DNA of 62,579 bases, the filler included. It is 8 parts of 8 records of this genome, joined end to end, with 100 filler letters (N's around TTAATTAATTAA, not from the genome) between each part and the next. Parts side by side here need not be neighbours in the genome. Positions count along the whole stretch, not along the records: positions 56,089 to 62,579 come from SRR31147125_48552; 7 more parts are not named here. One strand, 5' to 3'. The translations under genes were made by a program, and so were the position numbers. Shown piece after piece: positions 60,748-62,579 of the stretch. Below the pieces are notes generated by a model. That model saw nothing but the letters and a program-made list of their open reading frames with translations, had not been told where the DNA came from and did no database searches. Position 1 is the stretch's first letter; every line of letters starts with the position of its first letter.

Positions 60748-62579
60748 TTACAATGGTTTAAATATAACAGTTATAGAGCCTGATTCTATCTTTTCAGTAA
60801 ATTCAATTCCTATGCGTTTGGCATTTCTTCCACTGCGTAAATGCTCAACAGGAACTGGTTCGGGAATAATTTTCACCTTACCTCCTTCGGCTTCAATTTC
60901 CACTTTTACTTTTTCCATATTTTCAACACTCGTTAAAACAATGGTTTTCTCATCTAAAATTTTATAGTCTGAAAAAGTAGAAATAGCCGTTCCAAAGCTT
61001 ACCGCTTTATTTGCCGAAAATTCATCTTTTATAGAAATGATTCCTTCACCAGTTTCGTTGTTTTCCAATATTCGAACCAGTGTTTCCAGCTCTGGAATTT
61101 CGTAAGCCGGTTTAATATCCATTACTACTTTGTCTTTGTTTTCTGAAAATTCAGATTCCAGAATTTCGCCGCTGAACTCTTTTCCTTTTGATTGCAAAGC
61201 ATTATCAATTCGCGGAACCGGATGCCCCCACGAGCTACGTGCCGGATTATCATCGGAAAAAGCGCCAGCAGTGTACGATGGAGCACCAATATCTCCGGCA
61301 ATGTAATCTTCGCCCAAAACAAGTACATAACTGCCCACATCCATGTGGTTGTGGTTTTCGGCGTTGTGACCTGCTTTTATGGCTATAGAAAATGGTTTTT
61401 CTTGTTGTCCACGTGAGATAACAATTCCCATATCGTCGAAATAAGTATGCCGCGGCAGTTGAGTTTTTGCTTTAGTTTCGGCAAGGTACTCTTCAAGTCC
61501 CGACCAAAATATTAGGTTTTGAACGGCATCAGCAGAAACAAAACTGGTGGGCTTTTGTGCGCCATAATGTTTTGCAGCCATCAGGTAAGCAAAATTATCT
61601 TCGCTTTGTTTTACCCGCGTAACTCCGTCGGAAAAGGGTGCGTACATTCCTTCATGAATTTGAAAATTTTCAGGAAAATTGGCTACGTTTTTTAGCTTTT
61701 CAGGATTATTGAACTCGAAAAGATTTATTTTTCCATTGGTGTAGTTGAAAAGAACTTCAGCTAGATAAAAGTAATGCCCAAATCCATAACGCCAGTAGCC
61801 TGTGCCTTCGGAGCAATAACCGTCTTGTCCAAAACCTGACAAGTAATAAACCATACTGTTTAATGCAGAGCCAATTGCAGCAATACGTTCGTCGTATTCT
61901 TTCGAAGCCATGATTGTAGTTAGAATGGTTCCGCTGGTGCAAACTGAGTTCCAGTTGCTGGTAGACCGAATCCAGTGGTTACTTATATCATCTTCCTTTT
62001 GGCACGAACTTAAATAGGAATCCATAATTCGCCATTGCAAATGTGAAACGATTTTGGCACTCAATTCAGTAGTAAGTTTGTCTTCCAGCAAAGCATTGGC
62101 AAGGGCAAGCACCACGCCAAATTTACGTGCCCCCAGGTCGATGGAAACACGTCGTCCTTCAAGCACATCGTTATTTTTGTCGTGATTGGGATGCAGCCAC
62201 GATTTCATAGCCATAATAGAGTCGCAATAAACTTCAATTTGTGGAAGAAATCGTCCTTCATTTTCAATACATTCGGCTATAATAAATTTCTCCAGCCGCT
62301 CCATAGTTTGGTAATAGCGAGGCTTGTAAATTCCACGGTTCCCTTCCCGGTTTGCCCGGTAATAAATTTCATCAGAAATAGGAATTTCAGGTGCTTTTTC
62401 CAATTCTGAAATTGCATTCTGAAAATAGGTTTGCGCCGATTCAATTTTACCAATACCTTCCCAATATTTACGCTTACTAATTGGTGGCGCCAGTTGGAAA
62501 TTTTCTTCCGGTACCACATTTTTCAGCAAAGCTATTTGTTCTGGTGTCGGGTAAATTAACTTTGAATCTGCCAATTCCA
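60748..62579 (-). CDS. Heparinase II/III-like protein, probably 5'-truncated at the window end
   Basis: SNWNSVC, DGYCSEG.GYW.YGFG, KAGHNAENHNHMDVGSY, HPVPRI. Confidence 0.72.
   Translation of the reverse strand, partial: ELADSKLIYPTPEQIALLKNVVPEENFQLAPPISKRKYWEGIGKIESAQTYFQNAISELEKAPEIPISDEIYYRANREGNRGIYKPRYYQTMERLEKFIIAECIENEGRFLPQIEVYCDSIMAMKSWLHPNHDKNNDVLEGRRVSIDLGARKFGVVLALANALLEDKLTTELSAKIVSHLQWRIMDSYLSSCQKEDDISNHWIRSTSNWNSVCTSGTILTTIMASKEYDERIAAIGSALNSMVYYLSGFGQDGYCSEGTGYWRYGFGHYFYLAEVLFNYTNGKINLFEFNNPEKLKNVANFPENFQIHEGMYAPFSDGVTRVKQSEDNFAYLMAAKHYGAQKPTSFVSADAVQNLIFWSGLEEYLAETKAKTQLPRHTYFDDMGIVISRGQQEKPFSIAIKAGHNAENHNHMDVGSYVLVLGEDYIAGDIGAPSYTAGAFSDDNPARSSWGHPVPRIDNALQSKGKEFSGEILESEFSENKDKVVMDIKPAYEIPELETLVRILENNETGEGIISIKDEFSANKAVSFGTAISTFSDYKILDEKTIVLTSVENMEKVKVEIEAEGGKVKIIPEPVPVEHLRSGRNAKRIGIEFTEKIESGSITVIFKPL

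Overview
This window is not one locus. It is eight unrelated contig fragments joined by seven 100-nt artificial spacers (N-run + TTAATTAATTAA + N-run), so gene neighbourhoods are only meaningful within a fragment. Taxonomic labels below are inferred from gene content and sequence style. (1) 1-5254: ilvD-ilvB-ilvN-ilvC-psd-(pssA) operon, Desulfuromonadales-like. (2) 5355-16745: partial tRNA-Ala(GGC), then an AT-rich cluster (DUF6305-like exported protein, DctM-like permease, 58-aa membrane protein, M14-type deacylase/peptidase, C69 Ntn peptidase, poly-gamma-glutamate genes pgsB-pgsC-pgsW), then TauE, DUF362 and a GH1 beta-glucosidase; possibly a spirochaete. (3) 16846-22210: ftsY, yebG-like, ackA, ahbD, hemB; sulfate-reducer-like. 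(4) 22311-30950: Bacteroidota fragment with a TonB receptor start, MBL hydrolase, radical SAM gene with an in-frame TGA, DUF2147, penicillin acylase, PDRP/PpsR, DUF4405, ECF sigma, and two intergenic repeat elements. (5) 31051-38237: giant Ser/Thr-kinase-like/ATPase/GAF/PAS/His-kinase plus a response regulator. (6) 38338-47231: lolE, lysS, lptFG, lpxK, GT9, Kdo kinase, GT9. (7) 47332-55988: ABC ATPase tail, CobN-family chelatase, TonB receptor, pta. (8) 56089-62579: Bacteroidota fucose-glycan cluster (GH29-SGNH fusion, ThuA-like, GH29, heparinase II/III-like). Many genes are split by single-base shifts at homopolymer runs, most likely sequencing errors. The best candidate for a poorly described system is the cluster coupling pgsBCW (no pgsA/capA or capD in it) to two exported peptidases and an atypical transporter, which suggests combined synthesis and turnover/salvage of poly-gamma-glutamate. 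That function is inferred, not shown.
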